This document shows positions 13,001 to 24,470 of a stretch of DNA of 64,000 nucleotides, in pieces. Where the stretch lies: assembly GCF_001194135.2 (NCBI RefSeq), contig NC_068998.1, positions 43,150,497 to 43,214,496 on the forward strand, written 5' to 3'. Each line of letters starts with the position of its first letter. Position 1 is the first letter of the stretch. Position numbers and translations under genes: made by a program. Origin of the DNA: Octopus bimaculoides (taxonomy: Eukaryota). The notes under the pieces were generated by a model, which made no database searches, was not told the origin of the DNA, and saw nothing but the letters and a program-made list of their open reading frames with translations.

Positions 13001-14131
13001 CCAAATCAGCCTCCTGCTTTCCCTGACTCATGAATATGGCACTGAGATACTTGTAGCATTAGCAGCGCAGTCGAATTACTTCACCCCAGCATAGCAGTTC
13101 ATTGGTGTTGCGTTCCTCTGCTCTTTAAAAGTTAATGGCAGAGGAATACACATAACGACTTCTGCCCAAATAATAGCGAGCACTTTGCAAAGGCGTTTTA
13201 TCCAGTCGCTGTCCAAAAGTCGGAACATTAACACCTGGTTCCCTTTCGTCGCTGCTTTGCTTTATCCCATTCAGATGGAGACACTAATCTATCGATGAGC
13301 TTGTGGCTCATCTAGCTCAACACGCTATGGGATTTCTACCTGGCCTCACTACCACTTCAAAACTCATTGCATATTTTAGATTTGCTGCCAAGTATCGGAG
13401 CTAACTACTTTGATGTGTATTAAGGAATTAAATCATGCCTCCTACACCCTATTGTCTTGTACACTTATCTCTGTCGTGCCAGCTGCTTCATGTGTGAGCA
13501 AAGAATGAATTATGTTTGTTAACCAAAGTCATTTACTGTCTGATTTTTATTGTTACCTTTATGTAAAACATGCATTTATACATTTCAAGCCTTCTTATGT
13601 GCACACATCTAAATATGCTTCCTAAACTGGTAAAGCCCAACTCTTAATTAACCCTTTAGGACTCAAACCAGCAATATCAAGCCCAAATATTCTACCTGTT
13701 TTATGTTGAAACTGATCAGATCAGGCTTCTCGCACCTACCCTACAATGCCATTCTAAAACTACAGGTGCAATAACTATCTTTAAGACACATAATTCCTGC
13801 CTGCACACACACACACACAGAGGAAAATAAAGTAAAAGTTGTTGTTTAAAGATGGACTTGCTCTCTTTTCAGCAACCCTCATTTCGGATATAAACAAGTA
13901 TAATTCATTGTATATTTTTTTCACTTGCTCCCTCTAAAGTTAGCTTGTTATAGATTTCACTACAATTTGTTCTCCAGTGCTGTGTATATATCATTTGCTA
14001 TTTTACTGTTTACATTGCTGTTCTGTTCATGTTCATGTGCTGCGCTAGTCATGATGCATGAAATCTTGATAGCAATGTGAGCCAAGGCGTATTTTACGTA
14101 AATAAATCAAGTGTATGCACGTATATTTATA

Positions 14132-14166
<35 letters not shown>

Positions 14167-14329
14167 TTGTTTTGCAAGATTTTTGATGTGAAATCGTGTG
14201 TTGAAACAGATGTTGTTGTACTTGGGGATGGTCATATTGCCAGTTTAGGCAATAAAAACACACGCACTGTATATTTGGTGTTAATTTGCTTCAGCTTTAT
14301 ATTACATTATATTACATTAATCCTATTTC

Positions 14330-14373
14330 GTCCAGTGTTCTTTCGTCACACTTCTGTGACCTCATCAATGGTC
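14330..14373 (-). ncRNA. Degenerate hammerhead motif in the inverted pLTR copy
   Basis: CCA-TTGATGA-G-GTCACA(GAAG)TGTGAC-GAA-AGAACA-C-TGG, with C3 changed to T and U16.1 changed to A. Confidence 0.45.
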
Positions 14374-14792
14374 TTTTGCTTTCTTCTTTCTTATGTGTGT
14401 CTCACCTTGCTAACTATCAGCCATTTTGTATTCCTATTGTATGTGTCTACGCATGTGTATCCCCATAAACCAATAAAAATATGAACAAAATATAATACAT
14501 TACAATACATAGATAAACAAATGGAATTAAATACTACATACGTTAACAAAATTAATTTAAATACAAAAAAAAAGTAGGTATAAACACATGAACAAATAAA
14601 TAAATAAAAACAAAATCAAACGAACATGTATTAACAGAGGATATAGATAATACAAACACTCCCCATACACACACATGCACTTACAAAAACGTAGACACAT
14701 TGAGGGATACGCATGCGTAGACACATACAATAGGAATACAAAATACAAATGGCGGATAGCAAGGTGAGACACATAAGAAAGAAGAAAGCAAA

Positions 14793-14837
14793 GGACCACT
14801 GATGAGGTCACAGAAGCGTGACGAAATAACTCTGGCC
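14793..14837 (+). ncRNA. Hammerhead motif in the Penelope-like pLTR (copy next to the ORF)
   Basis: CCA-CTGATGA-G-GTCAC(AGAAGC)GTGAC-GAA-ATAACT-C-TGG. There is one extra nucleotide after A9 and stem III is weak. Confidence 0.55.
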
Positions 14838-15032
14838 GAGATAGGATTAATGTAATACAATGTAATAATATAAAGCTGAAGCAAATTTACACCAAATATA
14901 CAGTGCGTGTGTTTTTATTGCCTAAACTGGCAATATGACCATCCCCAAATACAACAACATCTGTTTCAAAACACGATTTCACATCAAAAATCTTGCAAAA
15001 CAAATATATAAACGGAACAACGTGAGCCCTAG

Positions 15033-15620
15033 CTATGTGTCTCCTCCAAATTATACACCAGCAGGGTCACATCCAGCGTAGAAAAACTAGAACTCAGCAA
15101 GGGTCAAGCTGAAAAGCTGAAACGGACGCTAATGGTGAATATTAAGAATAAAATATATAAGGAACTCAGCCAACAAAATAAGCGTAGACGCATTTTATTA
15201 AAAGAAATTAGAGGCATCACCACACGAACAGAGAGAACCACACTTATGAATATAATACACGCAGAGAATACATATATTATACGCCATTGCAATATACACT
15301 TTAGAAAGAAAATCTCGTGGTTAAAACGTGAACAGCAATACAAACTCGCAAAAGAAGAGAAAGATGGATACCCAGAAACAATAAACGGAATTGTTATGGC
15401 AGATGTCCCTCTACTAGCGGAGTTTAACAGAGACAATGAAGCCAACATCTATGGGGGAATAAAAAACAGACCCAGATGAAAAATCGCTACTTCAACTACC
15501 ACCGATATATGCGATATATCACAAGGTAAATACCATCGAATGCCTCTCCGAAATCGAAAAGTCGTTCACAAAAATACGTTGGAATTTAAACATGTACAAT
15601 AACAACAACACGAGTGACAA
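15033..15620 (+). pseudogene. N-terminal region of a Penelope-like polyprotein with one frameshift
   Basis: The frame ending ...EANIYGGI continues, after a shift in the A6 run at about 15460, as KTDPDEKSLLQLPPIYAIYHKVNTIECLSEIEKSFTKIRWNL. This matches my recollection of the pre-RT LPPKFA...EIEK...KLRW segment of Penelope-like elements. Confidence 0.6.
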
Positions 15621-15913
15621 NNNNNNNNNNNNNNNNNNNNNNNNNNNNNNNNNNNNNNNNNNNNNNNNNNNNNNNNNNNNNNNNNNNNNNNNNNNNNNNN
15701 NNNNNNNNNNNNNNNNNNNNNNNNNNNNNNNGAAAAGTCGTTCACAAAAATACGTTGGAATTTAAGCATGTACAATAACAACAACACGAGTGACAAGAGC
15801 AACAGTACGAACAACAATAACCGCAGCAACAACATGAATGACGACAACCACAACAACAACAAGACCAACAATAACCACAGCAGCAGCAACAACACAAACA
15901 ATAGTGACTGCAG

Positions 15914-16078
15914 GGTACTACTAAAGCAGAGGGGTCCCGAACGCGCTAGCTAGTCGTCAGTGGTCGATCCTACAAAAAGTGCGCTTGCGGGCGTGTGCAA
16001 ATGAATACGTGTTTAGGGTTAGGGTCGACCACACACGACTAGCTAGCGCGGACGGGACCACTCTGCTTTACAAGTACC
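15914..16078. mobile_element. 165-bp MITE, probably Merlin superfamily
   Basis: 59-bp imperfect TIRs (15914-15972 and 16020-16078) starting GGTAC. Exact 8-bp flanking direct repeat GACTGCAG at 15906-15913 and 16079-16086. Confidence 0.8.
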
Positions 16079-16517
16079 GACTGCAGCAACAACAACAGCC
16101 GTAGCAACAAAAACAACTGCAACCCCCACGAACACTAACAGCAACAACAACAACAGCAAAAATTAACACATGAGGACAAGCAATAGATACAAAAACAATA
16201 ACAGAGAAAAAATCGAATACAACAACAACAATAACAGGGGGAACGGACACACAGACACAGATAACCATAGGCACAAGAACACGGATAAAGGTAAGATCAT
16301 GGGGGTCAAGAGGTCGAATAAAGTTGAATGCAACAGAATACTTGGACAGGGAGTCAGTAGACTTCAAACAGAAAACACTAGGTGTGGTGGTAACAATAGT
16401 GATGGTGGTGGTGGTGGTGGTAGTGGCAGCATTGGTGATGGTGGTGGTGATAGTAATAGTAGTGGTGGTGGTGGTGATAGTAATAATAGCGATGATGGTG
16501 GTGGTGGTAATAGTGAC

Positions 16518-17023
16518 AATATCTTGAGTATTGAGGCGATGGTGCACAAGCACCGGTTATACTGGACTGGACACGTTATTAGAATGAAGGATAGCAGGAT
16601 TCCTAAGCAGATGCTCTATGGAGAACTTGTGAATGGAAGGAGACTCCGGCAGAAACCAAGGCTGCGCTTTAAGGACTGTGTCAAGTCCTCATTAAAGGCC
16701 TGTGATATGCAGGACACTGACTGGGAGAACAATGCCTGTTACCGCCACAGATAGAGGAAGCAGGTTAAGGAGGGGATCAACACTTTTGAGAGAGCACATA
16801 TCCAACATGAAGAACTTAAGCGAGCTGCGCGAAAGTGGACGGCTCGTATAGCGAATGGGGAAAGCTTAATCTGCAATGTTTGCAGTCGTGTATGCTTATC
16901 AAGAGCAGGGCTCATTAGCCACCAATAGAGCCGTAAATGCAAAATGTAAGTTAGTACTAGAGCGCACAATGATCCTGAAGGTCGGCAATGGTCTTCCTCG
17001 ATCACGAGTGGACGGCCATCATC

Positions 17024-17025
<2 letters not shown>
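16518..17025 (+). mobile_element. RTE-clade LINE 3' fragment
   Basis: SIEAMVHKHRLYWTGHVIRMKDSRIPKQMLYGEL...KPRLRFKDCVKSSLK...DWE, then a stop, then CNVCSRVCLSRAGLISHQ. Ends in a short (CAT) tail. Confidence 0.9.
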
Positions 17026-17059
<34 letters not shown>

Positions 17060-18844
17060 ATATATATATCTATGTATGTATGTATGTATATATATACATG
17101 TGTATGTATGTATGTATGTATATATATACATATGTATGTATGTATGTATGTATATATATANNNNNNNNNNNNNNNNNNNNNNNNNNNNNNNNNNNNNNNN
17201 NNNNNNNNNNNNNNNNNNNNNNNNNNNNNNNNNNNNNNNNNNNNNNNNNNNNNNNNNNNNNNNNNNNNNNNNNNNNNNNNNNNNNNNNNNNNNNNNNNNN
17301 NNNNNNNNNNNNNNNNNNNNNNNNNNNNNNNNNNNNNNNNNNNNNNNNNNNNNNNNNNNNNNNNNNNNNNNNNNNNNNNNNNNNNNNNNNNNNNNNNNNN
17401 NNNNNNNNNNNNNNNNNNNNNNNNNNNNNNNNNNNNNNNNNNNNNNNNNNNNNNNNNNNNNNNNNNNNNNNNNNNNNNNNNNNNNNNNNNNNNNNNNNNN
17501 NNNNNNNNNNNNNNNNNNNNNNNNNNNNNNNNNNNNNNNNNNNNNNNNNNNNNNNNNNNNNNNNNNNNNNNNNNNNNNNNNNNNNNNNNNNNNNNNNNNN
17601 NNNNNNNNNNNNNNNNNNNNNNNNNNNNNNNNNNNNNNNNNNNNNNNNNNNNNNNNNNNNNNNNNNNNNNNNNNNNNNNNNNNNNNNNNNNNNNNNNNNN
17701 NNNNNNNNNNNNNNNNNNNNNNNNNNNNNNNNNNNNNNNNNNNNNNNNNNNNNNNNNNNNNNNNNNNNNNNNNNNNNNNNNNNNNNNNNNNNNNNNNNNN
17801 NNNNNNNNNNNNNNNNNNNNNNNNNNNNNNNNNNNNNNNNNNNNNNNNNNNNNNNNNNNNNNNNNNNNNNNNNNNNNNNNNNNNNNNNNNNNNNNNNNNN
17901 NNNNNNNNNNNNNNNNNNNNNNNNNNNNNNNNNNNNNNNNNNNNNNNNNNNNNNNNNNNNNNNNNNNNNNNNNNNNNNNNNNNNNNNNNNNNNNNNNNNN
18001 NNNNNNNNNNNNNNNNNNNNNNNNNNNNNNNNNNNNNNNNNNNNNNNNNNNNNATATATATATACACTTTTACTTGTTTCAGTCATTTGACTGCTTCCAT
18101 GCTGGAGCACCGCCTTTTATAGTCGAGCAAATCGATCCCCAAAGCTTATTCTTTGTATGCCTAGTACTTATTCTATCGATCTCTTTTGCCAAACCGCTAA
18201 GTTACGGGGATGAAAACACACTAGCATCGGTTGTCAAGTGATGCTGGGGGGGACAGACATACACACAAATACATATATGACGGGCTTCTTCCAGTTTCCA
18301 TCTACCAGATCCACTCATATATATATATATATATATATATACACATGTGACTTCTTTTTTAAGATTCTTGTCTCCAATATGTATCTTTAATTTAAAATTT
18401 CTAAAATGCAAAAATATTCTAATCTCGTATTTTTCTATCATTTTTTGTAGGTAAGGAGAACCATTTTTTTGTCTTATATGTTTACTTGTTCCCTGCAAAA
18501 CAACAAATATAAGAAAAGAAAAAACAAAGTACACTAAAGAAAAATATTTAGGTATGTATTTTAAACACAGATATTTGTTATCATAATTCTAATGCCCCGG
18601 AGACTTTTGAGACTTTTCATTTCATTTCTTATCATTTAATTTGATTTTTTAAATACTTCTTTCTGAAATTTGATTTTGAATAAACTTTCCATTATTTTTG
18701 TCATGGTTTCATGCAAAATAGAGCAAAATATACTTTGTAAGAATTAAACATATAAAATGGTGTTATTAAGGAGATAAGTTTTACCTTTCCTAACTGAATT
18801 TTATAATAAGCGTATCAAGTGATGAAAGGAAAGAAATGCATGCG

Positions 18845-19450
18845 TCTGTCTACCTGTCTATCGATTTGTTTGTCTGTCTATTTGTCTATCAATTTGATCA
18901 ATCAGTCTGTCTGTTTATCTGTTGATCAGTCAATCAGTCTCTCTATCTAGTTATCTATCTATTGACTGGTCTGTCTGTCTATCTATTTATCTATTGATTG
19001 ATCTCTCTGTCCATCTATTGATCTGTCTACCTGTCTGTTTATTTATCTATTGGTTGGTCTGTCTGTCTGTATACCCATAGATCAGTCTGTCTGTTTGTCT
19101 ATCTATCTATTAAACTATCGATCAGTCTCTGTCTATTTATCTATCAATCGGTTTGTCTGTCTATTAATCAGTCTGCCTACCTATTTATCTATCTATCTAT
19201 CCATCTATTGATCAGTCTATCTGTCAATCTACCTGCTTATCTATCAATCAGTCTGTTTGTCTATATCTATTTATCTATCAGTCAGTCTGTTTCTCTAGTT
19301 ATCTATTGGTCAGTCAGTCTGTCTGTCTATCTATTTATCTGTCTTAAAGTCCATTCTACCTATATATTTAGCTGTCTCTCTATTGATCTGCCAGTCTATC
19401 TGCCTGCCTATCTCTGTCTATCTGTTTATCTGAATGTCTGTCTTCTTTGT
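18845..19450. repeat. Degenerate (TCTA/TCTG)n tetranucleotide array
   Basis: Directly visible. Confidence 0.9.
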
Positions 19451-19547
19451 TTCCTTCCACTTTCAGTAATTTAACCGAAGACATATTCATTCTTTTTTCT
19501 TGAATGGCTAAAATTTCCTCTTAGGAAGCAATCCCTCTTGTACCAAC

Positions 19548-19742
19548 ATAATATCACCAAATAATTTGTATGTGGGCCTATTTGCATAATATCACCAAAT
19601 AATTTGTATGTGGACCTATTTGCATAATATCACCAAATAATTTGTATGTGGACCTATTTGCATAATAATCACCAAATAATTTGTATGTGGGCCTATTTGC
19701 ATAATAATCACCAAATAATTTGTATGTGGGCCTATTTGCATA
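19548..19742. repeat. 38-39-bp minisatellite, 5 copies
   Basis: Unit ataat(a)atcaccaaataatttgtatgtgg(g/a)cctatttgc; each junction forms ATTTGCAT. Confidence 0.95.
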
Positions 19743-20399
19743 AGCCTATGTAAATTAGTTCAAATGATTTAACCAGTTTACATAGGCTCACACAAACAGG
19801 CTCACACAAACAGTACCTGCCTATATGCATGCATTCATGGTGACTGCTTCATATCCGCAGATGACTGCTGTCTCCTTGTGCTTCCTCATCATCAATGCCA
19901 TTTCTGAACTTCCATCCATGACCTCTCAGTTGATTATTCAGTCCTATTGCAGATTGACACTGACGCATAAGTAACAGAAGAAAGTTGTAACTTACTGAGT
20001 GTTTCCAAATGGCCAGGGCTGCACGCATTGCCATTTTTGCATTGCCATAGGCCTTTGAGTAGATGGAATGACAAATGTGGTGATCATATCTGTATGTCGT
20101 ATCTGTATGACATTGGATTATAGTCATAAACAATTGTACAACATGAGACTTATTTTCTGAGGGTCTGTGATTAGAACCTAGTGAAGAAGTTCTTTGCCTC
20201 TTAGAACAAGAAATGGTGTGAGCATGGAATCAAAGAACTGGCAGAAAGGTGGCTTCAAACACAACAGTGTCTATTTTGAATGCTTGGTTGCTTTTGTTGT
20301 AATTTGATCAATACAAGTAAATAACTTACCAAAATATTGCAAAACTAGCAACTCAAAAAACAATGTGTGTGTGTATGTGCGTGCATGTGTGTGTGTGTG

Positions 20400-20735
20400 T
20401 GAAGGTGGATGGCTCAGTGGTTAGTGTACTGGGCTTACAATCATGTGATAGTGAGTTTGATTACCATACCAGGCTGTGTGTTGCATTCTTGAGCAAGACC
20501 CTTTGTTTCATGTTGCTCCAGTTCATTCAGCTGTAGAAATGAGTTGCAATATCACTGGTGCCAAGCTGTATCGGCCTTTGCTTCTCTCTTGGATTACACT
20601 GGTGGCATTGAGAGGAGACTGGAATTTGTATGGATGACTGCTGGTATTTCATAAACAACCTTGCCTGAGCTTGTTCCTCAGAAGGTGACTTTCTAGGTGC
20701 AATCCCATGGTTATTCAGAACCGATGGGGGTCTCT
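20400..20735 (+). mobile_element. tRNA-derived SINE (family D)
   Basis: Homologous to 9430-9775. Confidence 0.75.
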
Positions 20736-20764
20736 TTCTTTCTTTCTCTGTCTGTCTCTCTGTC

Positions 20765-20819
<55 letters not shown>

Positions 20820-23020
20820 ATGCCTATATATATATATCATTTAATAAACACAAGATTTAAATGTAAGCCACTATAAATTTCTTGCCTCCAACTTTACAGC
20901 AGTCAGACAAATTGTTTAGCATGCTGTGTATTACCTTGCAATCTCGAAGATCAAAATAAACATGGCTGCTCCCTGAATAAAGTAAGAGAAATGAAAAAAA
21001 GAAAAAAAGTAACAGATAAGAAAAGGGAAGCTTGTGGGGGAGGAAGATAAGTGATGTGGCCCTTTGGTCCATTAAAATGAGAATTAACAGTAATTCTTCA
21101 AAGTTGTGTTCCAGCATGGCCACAGTTTAAGGATCAAAGCAAGTAAACGAGTGTAAGATACAGCGATACTTTGCACTTGTAAAACATATATATAAAGTAG
21201 ATTTTAAATGTGTTTCATAGCGAAACACATTTTCCTTTGGGACAACTGGGTAATGTTTGGAACATCAGAACAGTTGGTTTATATAAAAGTTCCGACTTCA
21301 GTCCTTTGCTTTGCTTAGAAATCTCACTTGGAAAACATGTAAAAATTTTATCAATGAAAACTTTGTGTCAACAACACATCAAAAGATGAAAAAATGATCT
21401 GAAAAAAAAAAAAGAAAAAATAGCAGCCGTCACTAAAAGAGCCATCTTTTTTTTTTTATCATATAATTTTTTACTTTATATTGTAACGATTTTGTTTAAT
21501 GAGAATCTTTTCTGTCCTTAATTATCTTTTCAAGACAAGGAGTATACTCGTCAAGTATTTCAGCTGTATCTAATACAAATTACAGTCTAAAAAAAAAAAA
21601 AAACGCAAAAATCATTTTACTTTTTTACATTTTGCTTCATTTTCGTTTTTCCCTTTTTATTTATTCATTTCTTTTTACAATTTGTTTTTTCAGTTTGTAT
21701 TTAAAGAACAAACTTAGAATGTAATAACATTTCTAATTATTGAGTTTTGGTCCCAAATCCCAAACAGAGAACAATTTAACTTGAGCAACACAGAACATTT
21801 CACAGCTGTGTGGCTATATTCAGTTATACTGATAATGATTCTATGGTGTATCTCACCTGTAATTTTGTCTAATGTAATTTAGTGCTTTTATTCAGACGAG
21901 TCTCAAAGCTGCAACAGTGACTGTTGGTCTTGACGTGACACAAAATTAGTAATCTAATCACCCTTTTTATTTATTATTTATTTTTTGTTTTTATGTGTGT
22001 GTTATGTAAATATTCCAAAATCATTACACTGCCATATTTTTTTGGCAAGGAGGGAATAGGTGGTTGTTTTTTTTTTTTGTTTTTTTTTTCCATGTCTCAT
22101 GGCAATGGGGCAAGAGGTTACGTAGGAGATATGATTTGAAAGACAAAGGTCTCTATCCTGTTAACCAGCCCTTATCAAATTTTCCAGTATGTCTTAAAAT
22201 CTTGAAATGGAAGGTGAGGGTAAGGGGTGAGTAGCTGCTTACAATATGAATGCAATGAAAGGTGAAGTGGATGCATGTTGTGAAATTGAGGCATATAAGC
22301 ACGAGCATGGCTGTGTGGTAAAAAGCTTGCTTCCCTACCACATTGTTCCAGGTTCAGTCCCACTGCATGGCACCTTGGGCAATGTCTTCTACTATTGCCT
22401 CAGGCCAACCAAAGCCTTGTAAGTGGATTTGGTAGATAGAAACTGAAAAAAGCCTCTTGTATATATATGTATCATCATCATCATTTAACGTCTGTTTTCC
22501 ATGCTAGCATGTGTTGGACGGTTCGACAGGGATTTGGAAAGCTAGGAGGCTGCACCAGGCTCCAATCTGATCTGGCAGAGTTTCTACAGCTGGATGCCCT
22601 TCCTAACGCCAACCACTCTGTGTGTGTAGTGGGTGCTTTTTACGTGCCACCATCACAGGGGCCAGAGGAGCCTGCCAGCAGTCATGATCATTTGGTGCTT
22701 TTTACGTGCAACTGGCACAGAAGCCAGTCAAGTCGGTGTTGGCATCGGCCACGTTCAGATGGTGCATTTTACAATTCACTGGCACGGGTATTACAACTAC
22801 TATTTCCATTTGTTTTTTATTTTGATGTTGATGTACTTGACTCATACATACATGCATATATACATCTATATGTTTAAATTTAATTAGAGGATATGTTAAC
22901 CATGTGAAGGGATGGTTGCATTCAAGGAAATACTGGTTCAATACATAGTATTGTTGGAGAATGAAATTCCATTAAAATAATAGGTATATATTAAGCATAT
23001 AGTTTATATCCAGTTAAAAG

Positions 23021-24470
23021 AAGAAAATGGAGATAAGGAAGTTAATTATTTATTAACAAACTGGTCATCTTTGCTTCTTACAGCTGTTTCATTTTACATT
23101 CAATAATTTAATTACAAATTTGTACATTAAATTTGCCTTTTTGTGACGTGAGCATAATTTCATCAGAGTAAGAAAAAGATGTTTTTTGAGATGTTATATG
23201 CGGACCTGTCAATTCATTTCAGCAGACTAAAATGAACTGATAGGTCCACATATAACATCTCAAGGTACATATTTTTTTGGCCTCTGAGGAAATTATGCTC
23301 ATGTCACAAAAATGCAAATTTATTGTACAAATTTGTAATTAAATTGTTAAATATTAATTGTAACGGCTGTAAGAAGCAAAGATGACCAGTTTGTTAATAA
23401 TAAATAATTGTTAACTTCCTTAACCCTTTCGTTACTATATTTCTGACCAAAATACACCCCTCATGAGTTTCAATTAAATTCTAAAATAATCATGAATTTA
23501 GACTAGTCTCATTAAACACCTGTAACTTTTTTATTTATCAACATATTAATGTGATATTTGGAACATAATTAAAGAAAGGGTTCTTAATCAATTCTATTGC
23601 ATAATTTTTGTCTCAAAGTTCTCCTTACGTACTGGGGGTGGGGTACTGCTAGTGTCTCTCACATGTAAATATTGGTTCAGCTTCACGAATCGTACTCGTT
23701 CATAATACTGGAAATATATTCATCACCAAAAGGTTCCTGATCACTCCAGTAATTTGTTATTCTGGGTAACTATCTAATACCCNNNNNNNNNNNNNNNNNN
23801 NNNNNNNNNNNNNNNNNNNNNNNNNNNNNNNNNNNNNNNNNNNNNNNNNNNNNNNNNNNNNNNNNNNNNNNNNNNNNNNNNNNNNNNNNNNNNNNNNNNN
23901 NNNNNNNNNNNNNNNNNNNNNNNNNNNNNNNNNNNNNNNNNNNNNNNNNNNNNNNNNNNNNNNNNNNNNNNNNNNNNNNNNNNNNNNNNNNNNNNNNNNN
24001 NNNNNNNNNNNNNNNNNNNNNNNNNNNNNNNNNNNNNNNNNNNNNNNNNNNNNNNNNNNNNNNNNNNNNNNNNNNNNNNNNNNNNNNNNAGCTCATTCAT
24101 TCTTTTCTTCGATATCTCCATATCTTCTGTTGAAAAACCTTCAAATTCGGAATCACTGCTTGATAGCATGAAACTCCTCTCCATCTTCAAAGTTGAAAAA
24201 AATTAACGCCGCAAAAAATGTGGAAAAAAATCTTCCAAAATTCACTGAGTTCAAATATCACGCCAAACAATGTCTGATACAATAACTCAACTGTTTGCAA
24301 AGTGAAATCAGGTGTTTTAACGAATGTACTAACGAGATTTGGGTTCAAATATACATTTAAATAACAATGGGTACGTTCGGCCGGCTACGGCCGGGTTAGT
24401 CTTATGAACCAAAAAATTTTTCGGCCGGCTACGGCTGGGTTAGTAACGAAAGGGTTAACTCCATTTTCTT
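23021..24470. repeat. ~400-bp fold-back palindrome with two inverted hammerhead-like motifs, interrupted by the piggyBac
   Basis: Arms 23021-23219 and 23228-23423, with the last bases ctccattttctt resuming at 24459 after the piggyBac. Cores are CTGATGA (23166-23160, -) and CTGAGGA (23284-23290, +), paired with GAAACAGCTGTA and GTAACGGCTGTA. Confidence 0.8.
23424..24454 (-). mobile_element. piggyBac internal-deletion derivative
   Basis: TTAA at 23420-23423 and 24455-24458; perfect 14-bp TIR CCCTTTCGTTACTA. Minus-strand remnants SSSDSEFEGFSTEDME and GIR*LPRITNYWSDQEPFGDEYISSIM/RVRFVKLNQYLHVRD match the piggyBac YWS...M.R.RF...LH motif. Contains a gap at 23783-24089. Confidence 0.9.

Larger units (their letters stand above)
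14160..16380 (+). mobile_element. Penelope-like element fragment: inverted pseudo-LTRs plus 5' part of the ORF
   Basis: 14160-14464 and 14704-15010 are ~300-bp inverted copies carrying hammerhead motifs. They are followed by a coding-like frame (see 15033-15620) that is later interrupted by an N-gap, (AAC)n, a MITE and an RTE fragment. Confidence 0.7.

Noticed and set aside
13090-13420. CpG-richer unique segment as an exon or transposase
   Set aside because: All six frames were read and none gave a recognisable motif or a clean splice pair.
16170-16754. 194-aa ORF, the longest gap-free ORF, as a novel gene
   Set aside because: Chance fusion of PLE remnant, (AAC)/(GGT) microsatellite and an RTE fragment that has a stop right after it.
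19548-19742. CRISPR-like array
   Set aside because: Units are contiguous with no unique spacers, and the context is eukaryotic with no cas genes. The same applies to the 65-bp arrays.
21328-21398. 71-nt segment with strong minus-strand acceptor and GTGAGA donor
   Set aside because: Stops in all three frames; at most a non-coding or poison exon. Acceptor-like T tracts are common on this strand.
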